Shown one piece after another: positions 19,972-29,051 of a stretch of DNA of 56,645 nucleotides. Location of the stretch: the NCBI GenBank assembly GCA_964351665.1, contig CAYGPO010000005.1, positions 1 to 56,645 on the forward strand. Reading direction: 5' to 3'. Within the stretch, counting starts at the first letter, position 1. Every line of letters begins with the position of its first letter. Below the pieces are notes generated by a model. It had not been told where the DNA came from, did not search any database, and saw only the letters and a program-made list of their open reading frames with translations. This DNA is from an uncultured Gammaproteobacteria bacterium. GTDB taxonomy: Bacteria; Pseudomonadota; Gammaproteobacteria; Xanthomonadales; SZUA-38. The translations under genes and the position numbers were made by a program.

Positions 19972-22900
19972 TTAGGATTTGAGATACTGCTCCAGCGCCT
20001 CGCGAAGACGGGCTTTGCTGATGGGCTTGTCTAAGAACGCGTTCATGCCTGCCTTCAAACAGCGCTGATGATATTCACCGCCGGCATGGGCGGTGAGGGC
20101 AATGATGGGAATGGCCGCAATCTGTGGCCTGGGGTCACGGCGCAGGTTGGCAGTCAGTTCAAGACCGTCCGGTCCCGGCAGGTCGCAGTCCATCAGGATC
20201 AGGTCATAGCGGGTCACGCTGAGTTGATTCATACATTCTGGCGCACTGTCCACCACGTCCACCGTGTGTCCCAGCCCGTCCAGCATTTCCAACACCACCG
20301 CCTGGTTCATGGGGTTGTCTTCCACCACCAGCAGATGCCTGCCGCTGGGTCCCGGTGCGCTGGCGGCCGATACGCTGGGCGCGATGCCGGAGGATGCCTC
20401 AATCAGGCTCAGCATCAGCTCAGATTCAAAAATCGGTGCACGCAGAGGATTGCCCGCCAGCCGCAGGCCTCGGGACAGGGCCGGTGCGGGGCCGTCTTCC
20501 ACCACCCACAGCACCGGCACCGGATCACCGGGCCGGGCCAGCTGCCGGGCATGCTCAGAATTCCAGGCGGCGGCCTGGGCAATTACCAGATTAGGCATTT
20601 CTGCTGGTATCGGCTGGGCCGGCGAACCGGTGGTGACCTCAACCCGAATACGCTGGTGGCTGAGAAAGGCCACCACCGCCTCCCGCGCCACCGATGGCCT
20701 CATCAAGACCAGACAAACCCCTCGTTCCAGCCAATCGATGCCCGGCAGCCGGGGTTCAACCGCATCACGAACCTGGGTTAACGGCAGTTCGAACCAGAAC
20801 AGGCTGCCGTGGCCTGGTTTGGTCACGGCGTCGATGGAGCCACCCATTTTATCCACCAGCTGGCGGCAGATGGCCAGGCCCAAACCGGTGCCGCCGTAGC
20901 GCCGGCTGGTGGACTGATCGGCCTGGGTAAACGGCTGAAACAGCTGCCGGTAGGCGCCGGTATCCATGCCGATACCCGTGTCCTTAACCACAAAGCGCAC
21001 CGTATTGTCAGCGCCGGGGGTCACATCAACACGCACCCTGCCCCGTTCGGTAAATTTGAGTGCGTTGTTGATCAGGTTCATCAGCACCTGACGAATTCTC
21101 ACCGGATCACCGATCAAATGGCGATTGAGATCTGGAGATATGACGTAGCCCAGCTCAATACCTTTCTTGGCCGCCCCTCCGCTGAACAGCTTGACCGTCT
21201 GCTCGACCAGCTGACCGAGCTGAATATCAATTTCTTCCAGCTCAAGTTTTCCGGCCTCGATTTTCGACAGGTCCAGAATATCGTTAATAATATTGAGCAA
21301 AACGTTGCCGGAATCCTGCACCGCCTGGGCAAAATTTCTTTGATCCGAGGACAGCGGTGTTTCCAGCAACATCTCCGTCATCCCCAGCACGCCGTTCATT
21401 GGCGTACGGATTTCGTGACTCATCTTGGCCAGAAATTCCGACTTAGCCTGGTTCGCCGACTCCGCTTCGTCAGCCAGTTTTCGCACCTCACGGAACAGTC
21501 GAGCGTTTTCCAGCGCAACACCTGCCTGACGGGCATAGGTCGCCGCCATCATCCGATCACGCTCCATATAACCCTGGGCGTCCTCCCGGTGCAGGGTTAC
21601 CACACCCATCACCCGATCACCGGCGGCCACCGGCACCGTCACGCTACCGCCCAGTTGGCCCATGGCAGACAGGGTTGTAGGTTCCACATTGGAGGACTGA
21701 GATAGCTGGGTGATGGCATTGCGGATATCGCGAAAATTCGGCAGATCTTTTGCTTCAAATCCTTCGTGAACCTGGGCCCGTGCTAAACCGGCACAGTCCA
21801 CGCTGACCACCGCACGATCGGATTTAACAACATCTGATAAGCCCTGCAGCAGTCGCTTTAGAATTTCTGTGACTTCCAGGGATGAGGTAAGAGACAGGGT
21901 CATGTCCCGCTGGGTCTCTGCCCAATTCTGCCGTTCCCGGGCCCGATCCAGCTCGTGGCCTCGACGCAGTCGACTGCGCAGGGCATAAATCGTCCAGGCC
22001 AGCAGCCCCAGCCCGGTCAGCAGGTACGCCAGGTAAGCCCAGCCCGTGCGCCAGGGCGGAAAGGGAACACTCAGGCTGACGCTGGCCGGCTGCTCATTCC
22101 AGTAACCCCGAGCGTCCGCAGCCTTGACCATAAAACGGTAATCGCCTGGCGCCAGATTGTTATAGGTCCGGGAGCGTTGATTGCCGGCATAAATCCAGTT
22201 GTCGTCCAGCCCCTCCAGCTGATAGGCGTATTGATTAGCCGTTGCATCCACCAGCGACAAAGCGGCGAAGTCAAAGGACACATCTGTACCCTGGTGATCC
22301 AGCGCAATGGGCTGCCACTGCTCACCGGATCTCACCAATTGCTGGTTAGCCACCCGTACGCCGGTAATCACAACGGTGGGCGGCGCGCCGGACACCGATA
22401 CCGATAGGGGGTCGAAACTGACCACGCTGTTGCGGGTTGTGGCCAACAGCTCTCCGCCAGCCATGCGGCTCAGGGGGCGCTCTCGAAACTCGGTGCTGGG
22501 CAGGCCGTCGGGACCACCGAATGCCTGGGTCAGACCACTGGCGGGACGATAGCGGAACAGCCCTCGACGACTGGTCAGCCAAACGTCGCCGCTGGTGTCA
22601 ACCGCAATACCGCCAAAACGAATTTGCGGTATGCCCTGGCTGTCGGTGAATCGACGCAGCCGTTCCAGGCCGTCTGGGCCCTTTCGATAGCGGGACAAAC
22701 CATCGGGATGGGCAACCCATAAATCCTGGTTAAGGCCATGGGCAAAGCTCAGCACATATTGACCCCGGGGCAGCAGGCTTGCCGCCTGCAGGGTTTCGGG
22801 ATCGATGCGGTCCAGTCCTCCATCGCTGGCCACCCAAATACCGCCGTCGGGAGTCACTGAAATCTGCTCCACAAAGGCGCCGGCGATCAGCTGGCTGAAG

Positions 22901-24318
22901 TCCTCCAGCTGCAGGGTCGCCGGATCGAGCCTTAGCAGGCCCCGCTCGGTTGCACCTAGCCACAGATTTCCGCGCCGATCTCTGGCTATATGCTCCACCC
23001 GCAGGGGGCCCGCTGCGTCCGCTCGCGGCTCTATGGGAATAAACCGGGTCTGCTTCTGGGCTGGCTGATACTGGGCCACGCCGCCGGTAAGGCCCAGCCA
23101 GAGCAGGTCGTCATCCGCTGCCAGGATTGACCAGACACCACCGGTTGCCGGCATCCCGGCAAGCTCCGGCCGGGGCAGCGCGGTGGCAACGGCGGTCTGG
23201 CGATCGATCCGATCCAACCAGCCGGAAACCCCGCCCACCCAAATCGACTCAGCGGTCCCCGCAGCAACTCTGGGGTTGGCACTAATGGCCTTATCGGAAA
23301 GAGGATCGTGGCGGTGCAGATCGAAGTTGCGCCAGCCGGCGGGTAGTCTCGCCAGACCGTCGCTGGTGCCGATCCACAGCGAGCCTTCCCGATCCAGCAA
23401 CAGGGCATTGACCTGATCGGTTGGCAGGGCGTCGCGCAGCGCCGGTTGGGCCCGAACCCGGGCCAGAATCTGCTGCCACTGAGCATCGACCAGGGTCAAG
23501 CCCGCATAACTGCCCAACCAGGCTCCACCGTCGCCGGCGGGGGCAATTACCGTGACCTGGTTATCCACCCCGGACAGGGGCAGGAACTGGTCGGTGCCGC
23601 GAGCCAAAGAGCCAACCTGTCCGTCAATGGCGACACGTAGGTGGTTGCTGTCACTGGCGTTAATTGCCCAAACGTTGTTGACCTCCAACGGGACTTTACG
23701 CAGCCTGGCGCCGGACAGGTCCAGCTGCAGCAAACCGCTGCCTATGGTGCCCAGCCAGAGCCCGCCGGATGGATCCGGGGCGATGGAGAATATTGTTTCG
23801 CCAGCCAGTTCGCTGGCCGCTGAGAATTCCTTAGAGGTTGGTGGAGAACCGCTGAAGCGCCGAAGCCCCGCCCTGTAAAGCCCTACCCAAACGTCACCGT
23901 CAGCGTCGCTGGCAATGGACCAGACATCGTGGCTAGCGGAATCTTCCGGCAAATTCATTTGCACCGTGCTGATGGCCCTAGCCCCTGCACTCAGGTTTAC
24001 CAGCCCGGCGCTTTCCAAAGCCACCCACAGCCGGTTATCCGAATCCACCAACAAGGCCTGGACCTGATTGCCGGGCAGCGAGTCTGGGTTGGTGGGCTCA
24101 TTGCGGAAAATCTCAAAAGCCGCGCCATCAAACCGTGCCAGGCCATCGCTGGTGCCCACCCAAAGAAAACCGTCAGCGTCCTGAGCCAGGGCAGTAACCT
24201 GATTGGCGGGCAGCCCGGCATCAACGCCAAATACGTCCACCACCTCGCTGGAGTGGCTGGCGCCGGCCAGCAATAGCAATGTGACCAGCAACAGGCCCAC
24301 TAGAAGACGCAAATACAC
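19972..24318 (-). CDS. hybrid sensor histidine kinase/response regulator with periplasmic two-component-regulator-propeller + Y_Y_Y domains
   Basis: 1448 aa. Order of parts: signal peptide, many WVGT/WLGT propeller repeats, a Y_Y_Y-like segment ([12 protein letters not shown]...GDYRFMVKA), a TM helix, a GAF-like region, HisKA ([13 protein letters not shown]), HATPase_c, a degenerate receiver-like spacer, and a C-terminal REC ([11 protein letters not shown]...[14 protein letters not shown]). Confidence 0.9.
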   Translation of the reverse strand: MYLRLLVGLLLVTLLLLAGASHSSEVVDVFGVDAGLPANQVTALAQDADGFLWVGTSDGLARFDGAAFEIFRNEPTNPDSLPGNQVQALLVDSDNRLWVALESAGLVNLSAGARAISTVQMNLPEDSASHDVWSIASDADGDVWVGLYRAGLRRFSGSPPTSKEFSAASELAGETIFSIAPDPSGGLWLGTIGSGLLQLDLSGARLRKVPLEVNNVWAINASDSNHLRVAIDGQVGSLARGTDQFLPLSGVDNQVTVIAPAGDGGAWLGSYAGLTLVDAQWQQILARVRAQPALRDALPTDQVNALLLDREGSLWIGTSDGLARLPAGWRNFDLHRHDPLSDKAISANPRVAAGTAESIWVGGVSGWLDRIDRQTAVATALPRPELAGMPATGGVWSILAADDDLLWLGLTGGVAQYQPAQKQTRFIPIEPRADAAGPLRVEHIARDRRGNLWLGATERGLLRLDPATLQLEDFSQLIAGAFVEQISVTPDGGIWVASDGGLDRIDPETLQAASLLPRGQYVLSFAHGLNQDLWVAHPDGLSRYRKGPDGLERLRRFTDSQGIPQIRFGGIAVDTSGDVWLTSRRGLFRYRPASGLTQAFGGPDGLPSTEFRERPLSRMAGGELLATTRNSVVSFDPLSVSVSGAPPTVVITGVRVANQQLVRSGEQWQPIALDHQGTDVSFDFAALSLVDATANQYAYQLEGLDDNWIYAGNQRSRTYNNLAPGDYRFMVKAADARGYWNEQPASVSLSVPFPPWRTGWAYLAYLLTGLGLLAWTIYALRSRLRRGHELDRARERQNWAETQRDMTLSLTSSLEVTEILKRLLQGLSDVVKSDRAVVSVDCAGLARAQVHEGFEAKDLPNFRDIRNAITQLSQSSNVEPTTLSAMGQLGGSVTVPVAAGDRVMGVVTLHREDAQGYMERDRMMAATYARQAGVALENARLFREVRKLADEAESANQAKSEFLAKMSHEIRTPMNGVLGMTEMLLETPLSSDQRNFAQAVQDSGNVLLNIINDILDLSKIEAGKLELEEIDIQLGQLVEQTVKLFSGGAAKKGIELGYVISPDLNRHLIGDPVRIRQVLMNLINNALKFTERGRVRVDVTPGADNTVRFVVKDTGIGMDTGAYRQLFQPFTQADQSTSRRYGGTGLGLAICRQLVDKMGGSIDAVTKPGHGSLFWFELPLTQVRDAVEPRLPGIDWLERGVCLVLMRPSVAREAVVAFLSHQRIRVEVTTGSPAQPIPAEMPNLVIAQAAAWNSEHARQLARPGDPVPVLWVVEDGPAPALSRGLRLAGNPLRAPIFESELMLSLIEASSGIAPSVSAASAPGPSGRHLLVVEDNPMNQAVVLEMLDGLGHTVDVVDSAPECMNQLSVTRYDLILMDCDLPGPDGLELTANLRRDPRPQIAAIPIIALTAHAGGEYHQRCLKAGMNAFLDKPISKARLREALEQYLKS

Positions 24319-24650
24319 AATCGTTAAACCAATGTTAATTCAGCAACTTGGAAGCCTCAGTCCCTAGACTGACCGGAACCGATAGGGTACCTTTTTTAGC
24401 TGGATGAAGGTGCTTATCTTTGGCGAAAGTAGAAGCACCCTTCAGGCGCAGGGTTTAGCCACTGATGGCTTTGACCTGGCAGACTCATCGAATCGGCAAG
24501 TCTTCAAATCCGCTGCAATGAGGGCAGCGCAGTTGTGATCCAGTTCGCAGAAGAACTACCAGTTCAGGCTTATCGTGACCGAGCCGGAGCGTCGGTCGTT
24601 GGTCCGACGGCGATATAAACATAACAAATGACAGGGGGAGACCTCCAGCA

Positions 24651-26009
24651 GTGCGGGTAGAACAGGTACAGGTCGAAGTTGAACACCTAATCAAGGGCAT
24701 GTACGTATGCCAGCTTGACCGACCCTGGCTGTCTACACCGTTTCCCTTTCAAGGATTCGTGGTGCGCGGCGCCAGAGACATCGCCGCGCTGCAAAAGTAC
24801 TGCAGCTTTGTCTATGTGGACGTTCTCCGGGGCGTACCGCCCAAGGCTGATTCCGGGCTGAACCGACCATGGCAGCCCGAGGTGAAGACAGCCCAGTACG
24901 GCGGCGAGGCGCTCAACATCGCCCTGCCCCGGCGAAATCTAGGCAAGAACCCCGGCGCCTATGGCATCAGCTCGGTGCCCATCAAAGTGCGACCGGATTT
25001 CTACCGCGCACCGGCGGGCTTCCGCAAAGAGATGAAGCGCGCCCAGCAGTTTCACCTGGACCTGTCACGGCAGGTGGCTGGCGTGGTGGACGACATTAGA
25101 GTCGGTCGATCAATCAACGTGCGGGGCGTCACCCGAACCACCCAAGAGATGGTTCAAAGCATCATCCGTCACCCTGACGCGTTTGTCTGGATGATTAAGT
25201 TGCGGGATCGAGACGACTATTCCTACGGCCACTCGGTGCGTATGTCAGTGCTTTCGGCAGTGCTGGGTAGACACCTGGGCTTGTCAGAACATCAGCTGGA
25301 TCGCGTCGCTCTGGGGTCGCTTTTATGCGAGGTGGGTAAAGCCAAAGTACCTCGCCGATTACTGGATAAAAAATCACCCCTGGCCGCCGAAGAGATGGCC
25401 CGGGTCCGTTCCCACGTCACCGAAGGGGTCGAGATCCTAGACCGCTGCGTTGGCATCGGCGACGACGTGATAGAGGTGGTGGAGAACCATCATGAGCGGT
25501 TTGACGGCTCAGGCTATCCAGAAGGAAAGTTTGGTGACCAGATTCCTCTGCTGGGGAGAATTGCTGGTGTCACCGATACCTACGACGCCATGACCAGCCT
25601 GCGTCCTTACACCGACCAGGTGTTTACCGCGGCGCAGGCCACCGATTTTCTTTACAACAATCGTGATGTGCTGTTCCAGGGCCAACTGGTGGAAGAATTC
25701 ATTCAGGCTCTAGGTATTTATCCCACGGGAACATTGGTGGAACTGAGCAGTGGCGAGGTTGCCCTGATCAAAGAACAAAACGTGGCCCAGCGGATTCAGC
25801 CGGTGGTGCTAATGGTTCTGGGCAGCGACAAACGCCCACTGGAAAAACTCGAGCGCGTTGATCTGCGGGACTACAACCGCGCCCATGAAGACAAACCGGT
25901 GAGCATCGTTCGCGGACTGGCGGCGGGGGAATTTGGGCTTGATCCCAACGTCATCATGGAAACCTTTGAAGGCCAGCGACCGGCTTGGCGCAAGCTCGCC
26001 TTTGGCTGA
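24651..26009 (+). CDS. HD-GYP domain protein (putative c-di-GMP phosphodiesterase) with DUF3391-like N-terminus
   Basis: 452 aa. GTG start after a ggggga SD. The N-terminus L.KGMYV..LDRPWL.TPF resembles DUF3391, and the HD-GYP core has HHERFDGSGYP. It is divergent from the hybrid kinase. Confidence 0.85.
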   Translation: MRVEQVQVEVEHLIKGMYVCQLDRPWLSTPFPFQGFVVRGARDIAALQKYCSFVYVDVLRGVPPKADSGLNRPWQPEVKTAQYGGEALNIALPRRNLGKNPGAYGISSVPIKVRPDFYRAPAGFRKEMKRAQQFHLDLSRQVAGVVDDIRVGRSINVRGVTRTTQEMVQSIIRHPDAFVWMIKLRDRDDYSYGHSVRMSVLSAVLGRHLGLSEHQLDRVALGSLLCEVGKAKVPRRLLDKKSPLAAEEMARVRSHVTEGVEILDRCVGIGDDVIEVVENHHERFDGSGYPEGKFGDQIPLLGRIAGVTDTYDAMTSLRPYTDQVFTAAQATDFLYNNRDVLFQGQLVEEFIQALGIYPTGTLVELSSGEVALIKEQNVAQRIQPVVLMVLGSDKRPLEKLERVDLRDYNRAHEDKPVSIVRGLAAGEFGLDPNVIMETFEGQRPAWRKLAFG

Positions 26010-26036
26010 CCCAATCTGCCCCCTAGCTTCACCCCC

Positions 26037-26062
26037 TGGCCAACGCGTCCTTGCGGTGGCCA
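26037..26062 (+). terminator. hairpin downstream of the HD-GYP gene (possible terminator, no T-run)
   Basis: tggccaacgc-gtcctt-gcggtggcca. The stem pairs at 9/10 positions. Confidence 0.3.
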
Positions 26063-26139
26063 ACCCCTGATCAAACCATTGCGCTGGCTTAACCGCCCTA
26101 TCTGAAGCTCCAACTGCTTACTCGTGCGATAATCGGTAG

Positions 26140-27651
26140 ATGACCGTACGCACCCTGGCTGTAATGGCCATCGGCCTGTTTGTTCTGCTGCTAATGATCG
26201 CACTGATGATGTCGGCAGACCTGCTGCTGTCTGTATGGGAGCGGCTGCGGGAAATTGGCCCCTGGGCGCCGCCGGCGTTTTCCGCTGTGATGGTGGTGTT
26301 TGCTGGAGCCGCCGTTCTGGTGGGGCTAAGGCTGCTGCGAGGGCCGCCGCGCCCGGTGGAAAAAGCCCCCGAAGTGGTGGACGCACAATCGTTGGCCAAG
26401 CGCATAGAGCATGCCAGCAAACGAGGCGTTAGTACCGGCCAGGTCAACGCTGAACTGGATCGCCTGAATACCCGCAAAGAGCTGGGAGCGATCTATTTGG
26501 CCATGTTTGGCAGCGCTTCCAGCGGCAAAAGCTCTCTGATCAGCGCCCTGCTGCCTGACCACCAGATCCCAACCGATGCGCGGCTGGGTACCACCACTGG
26601 AATCAACCATTATCAGGGTCTGCGGCAGGATCAGTCGGTGCAGATTGCCGACGTGCCGGGCTTCGGACATCAGCCAACCCAGAATTTGATGGACGCAGCC
26701 AGGGATGAAGCGGTCAGGGCCCACCTGGTGATTTACGTGGCGGCAGGAGACCTTGACCGGGACGATGGACGAGAGCTTGACCACCTGGTCGACTATCAAA
26801 AACCCATCATCGTTGCACTGAATAAAGCCGATCAGTACAGCGCGGCAGAACTCGAACTACTGACCACCCGACTCAATCAGCGCTACGGCGATACCGTGGC
26901 CAGGGTTGTTAGCGTCAGTGCTGGAGGTCAGCGGCAAGTCATCATTATGGATGGCGAGCAACAGCGCAGCGAGCTCAGAGCCCGACGCCCCCAGGTGGAA
27001 TCCCTGTGGAAAGCCATTGACCAACAGCTTGGCAGCGGCAAGCTGGAGCTGGGCCGGGAGCACAGCTCGTTGCGCCTGGCCAGCGCAAAACTCAAAGTGG
27101 CCGAGACTGCCGCTCGGACTCAGGCCGGTCAGGAGCTAACGGAAAAATACGCTCGCCGGGCAGTGATCGGGGCCCTGGCAGCCATCACTCCGGGCTCCGA
27201 CCTGATTATTCAGGCAGCTCTGGCAACGCGTTTTCTTCGGGAGCTGGGTCAGCTCTACGAAGTACCGGTGAAAGAAATTGAGATAGACCGGTTTCTCAGT
27301 CTGGCCGGCGATCGCCTGAAAAAGACCACCGCACTGGTGCTGGCGGTTACGGGCAATGCCTGCAAAGCTTTTCCCGGCGTAGGCACCCTGACCGGTGGCG
27401 TCATCCACGCCGCCGCCTACGGGATGATTTTTGACAGCCTGGGTAAATCGATCTGCGCATCCCTGGAGGAACGAAAAGCACTGGACCCGGTGTGGGCCGC
27501 TGAGCAGTTCAGCAACAACCTGGAAGACTCGGTGGAACAGCGCGCCATGGACTACGCCAAACTGGCCCTTAAAAGCTGGCGATCTGGCAAATCAGACTCG
27601 CCAAAGCCTGCCAGCACCACATCACCGTCACCGGGCACTCAACATGAATGA
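26140..27651 (+). CDS. membrane-anchored P-loop GTPase with DUF697-like C-terminal domain (paralog 1)
   Basis: 503 aa. It has two N-terminal TM helices, then G1 GSASSGKSS, G3 DVPGFG and G4 NKAD. A coiled segment follows, then a DUF697/YcjF-like region (AITPGSDLIIQAALATRFLRELGQLYEVP). Confidence 0.75.
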   Translation: MTVRTLAVMAIGLFVLLLMIALMMSADLLLSVWERLREIGPWAPPAFSAVMVVFAGAAVLVGLRLLRGPPRPVEKAPEVVDAQSLAKRIEHASKRGVSTGQVNAELDRLNTRKELGAIYLAMFGSASSGKSSLISALLPDHQIPTDARLGTTTGINHYQGLRQDQSVQIADVPGFGHQPTQNLMDAARDEAVRAHLVIYVAAGDLDRDDGRELDHLVDYQKPIIVALNKADQYSAAELELLTTRLNQRYGDTVARVVSVSAGGQRQVIIMDGEQQRSELRARRPQVESLWKAIDQQLGSGKLELGREHSSLRLASAKLKVAETAARTQAGQELTEKYARRAVIGALAAITPGSDLIIQAALATRFLRELGQLYEVPVKEIEIDRFLSLAGDRLKKTTALVLAVTGNACKAFPGVGTLTGGVIHAAAYGMIFDSLGKSICASLEERKALDPVWAAEQFSNNLEDSVEQRAMDYAKLALKSWRSGKSDSPKPASTTSPSPGTQHE

Positions 27652-28939
27652 TGAGGCCGACAATCAACATCTGATCAGCGCGGCCCGCAACCTTCGTGAA
27701 CTGCTGGACGATCGATCCATACCCGGCGATATCCGCCGGGAGCTGGAGGCTGATTACCTGCAGCTGGAAGCGATGACCGAAAAGCTGGCTAACGGAGAGA
27801 TTCATCTGGCGGTCTTTGGCAAGGTCAGCGCCGGCAAGTCCTCGTTGTTAAACGCCCTGGTGGGCCAGCCACTGTTTTCTGTCAGCCCTTTGCACGGCGA
27901 AACTCTGACGGCCCAAACAACCCGTTGGGACGACGCTCGATCCGGCGGGGTGCATTTAATTGACACACCCGGCATCAATGAGCTGGACGGTAAGCAGCGG
28001 GAGCAGCTGGCATTTGAGGTGGCTGAACGTTCTGACCTGGTGATCTTTGTTCTGGATGGCGACATCTCCCAATCGGAGATCAGCGCCATGCAAGTGGTCA
28101 CCAAGGCTCACCGGCCGGTGATAGCTGCGCTGAATAAATCTGACCGGTACACCAGCACTGAACGCGAACAGCTGCTGAGATCTGTTCGCCACCGATGTCA
28201 GGGCCTGGTGCGTCCTGACAACATTATTGCAGTGGCAGCTCAGCCCAGGCCGCAAACCATCATAAGCATTGATGCGCAGGGCAACGAGGTTGAATCTGTG
28301 CGACAGCGGGAGCCGGATGTAGATCAGCTCAAAGAGCGTATCTGGTCGGTGCTTGAGGCCGAGGGCAAAACCCTGGCTGCACTCAACGCAGCCCTGTTTG
28401 CCGGCAAACTGACCGACCAGATATCGGCCAGACTAGTACAAACCCGGCGCCAAATTGCCGAGAAAACCCTGCGCACTTACAGCCTGACCAAGGGTCTTGC
28501 GGTGGCGCTAAATCCAATTCCCGTCGCTGACCTGCTGGCCGCCGCGGCCCTGGACGTGGCACTGGTGGCCAACCTCAGCCGAATCTATGGACTACCCATG
28601 GGCCGGCGGGAAAGCGGCCGGCTGCTGGCCACCATTGTGGCCCAGTTGGCCGCCTTGATGGGGGCCGTATGGGGGGTTCATCTGGTGTCTTCGGCACTCA
28701 AAACCGTCAGCGCCGGATTGTCGGTGGCAATCACAGGGCTAGCCCAGGGCACCCTGGCCTACTACGCGACCTACCTGGTTGGCAGAGCGGCGGAAGCCTA
28801 CCTGATTAACGGCAAATCCTGGGGCAGCAACGGACCTAAACAAACGGTGCGGGACATCGTCAGCGGCTTGGACCGTTCATCCATCCTGGCCGACGCCAAA
28901 ACTGAAATCAGCGCTCGATTGAAAACCGCCAGCCGCTAG
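27644..28939 (+). CDS. P-loop GTPase with DUF697-like C-terminal membrane domain (paralog 2)
   Basis: 431 aa from ATG 27644, which overlaps the upstream gene by 8 nt. The track ORF from 27431 is an over-extension. Motifs: G1 GKVSAGKSS, G3 DTPGIN, G4 NKSD. The C-terminus has LNPIPVADLLAAAALDVALVANLSRIYGLP plus hydrophobic helices. Confidence 0.75.
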   Translation: MNDEADNQHLISAARNLRELLDDRSIPGDIRRELEADYLQLEAMTEKLANGEIHLAVFGKVSAGKSSLLNALVGQPLFSVSPLHGETLTAQTTRWDDARSGGVHLIDTPGINELDGKQREQLAFEVAERSDLVIFVLDGDISQSEISAMQVVTKAHRPVIAALNKSDRYTSTEREQLLRSVRHRCQGLVRPDNIIAVAAQPRPQTIISIDAQGNEVESVRQREPDVDQLKERIWSVLEAEGKTLAALNAALFAGKLTDQISARLVQTRRQIAEKTLRTYSLTKGLAVALNPIPVADLLAAAALDVALVANLSRIYGLPMGRRESGRLLATIVAQLAALMGAVWGVHLVSSALKTVSAGLSVAITGLAQGTLAYYATYLVGRAAEAYLINGKSWGSNGPKQTVRDIVSGLDRSSILADAKTEISARLKTASR

Positions 28940-29051
28940 CCCCACAACCCCTACTTCAAGGTTGGGAACAAAATCCCTGACCTGGGTCACGCTTTAGTTA
29001 TTGAAGTCAGGTTAACGTTGAACGCTGTTTTAGTGATCGTAGTGCCCATCA

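Noticed and set aside
24319-24650. Possible c-di-GMP (GEMM) riboswitch, or a small gene (71-aa ORF 24485-24700, minus strand), in the kinase/HD-GYP divergent region.
   Set aside because: No GEMM-like conserved blocks are visible. The 71-aa ORF overlaps the HD-GYP start region, is Cys/Ser/Thr/Arg-rich and has no SD. I noted only a small hairpin (cgtcgg-N8-ccgacg).
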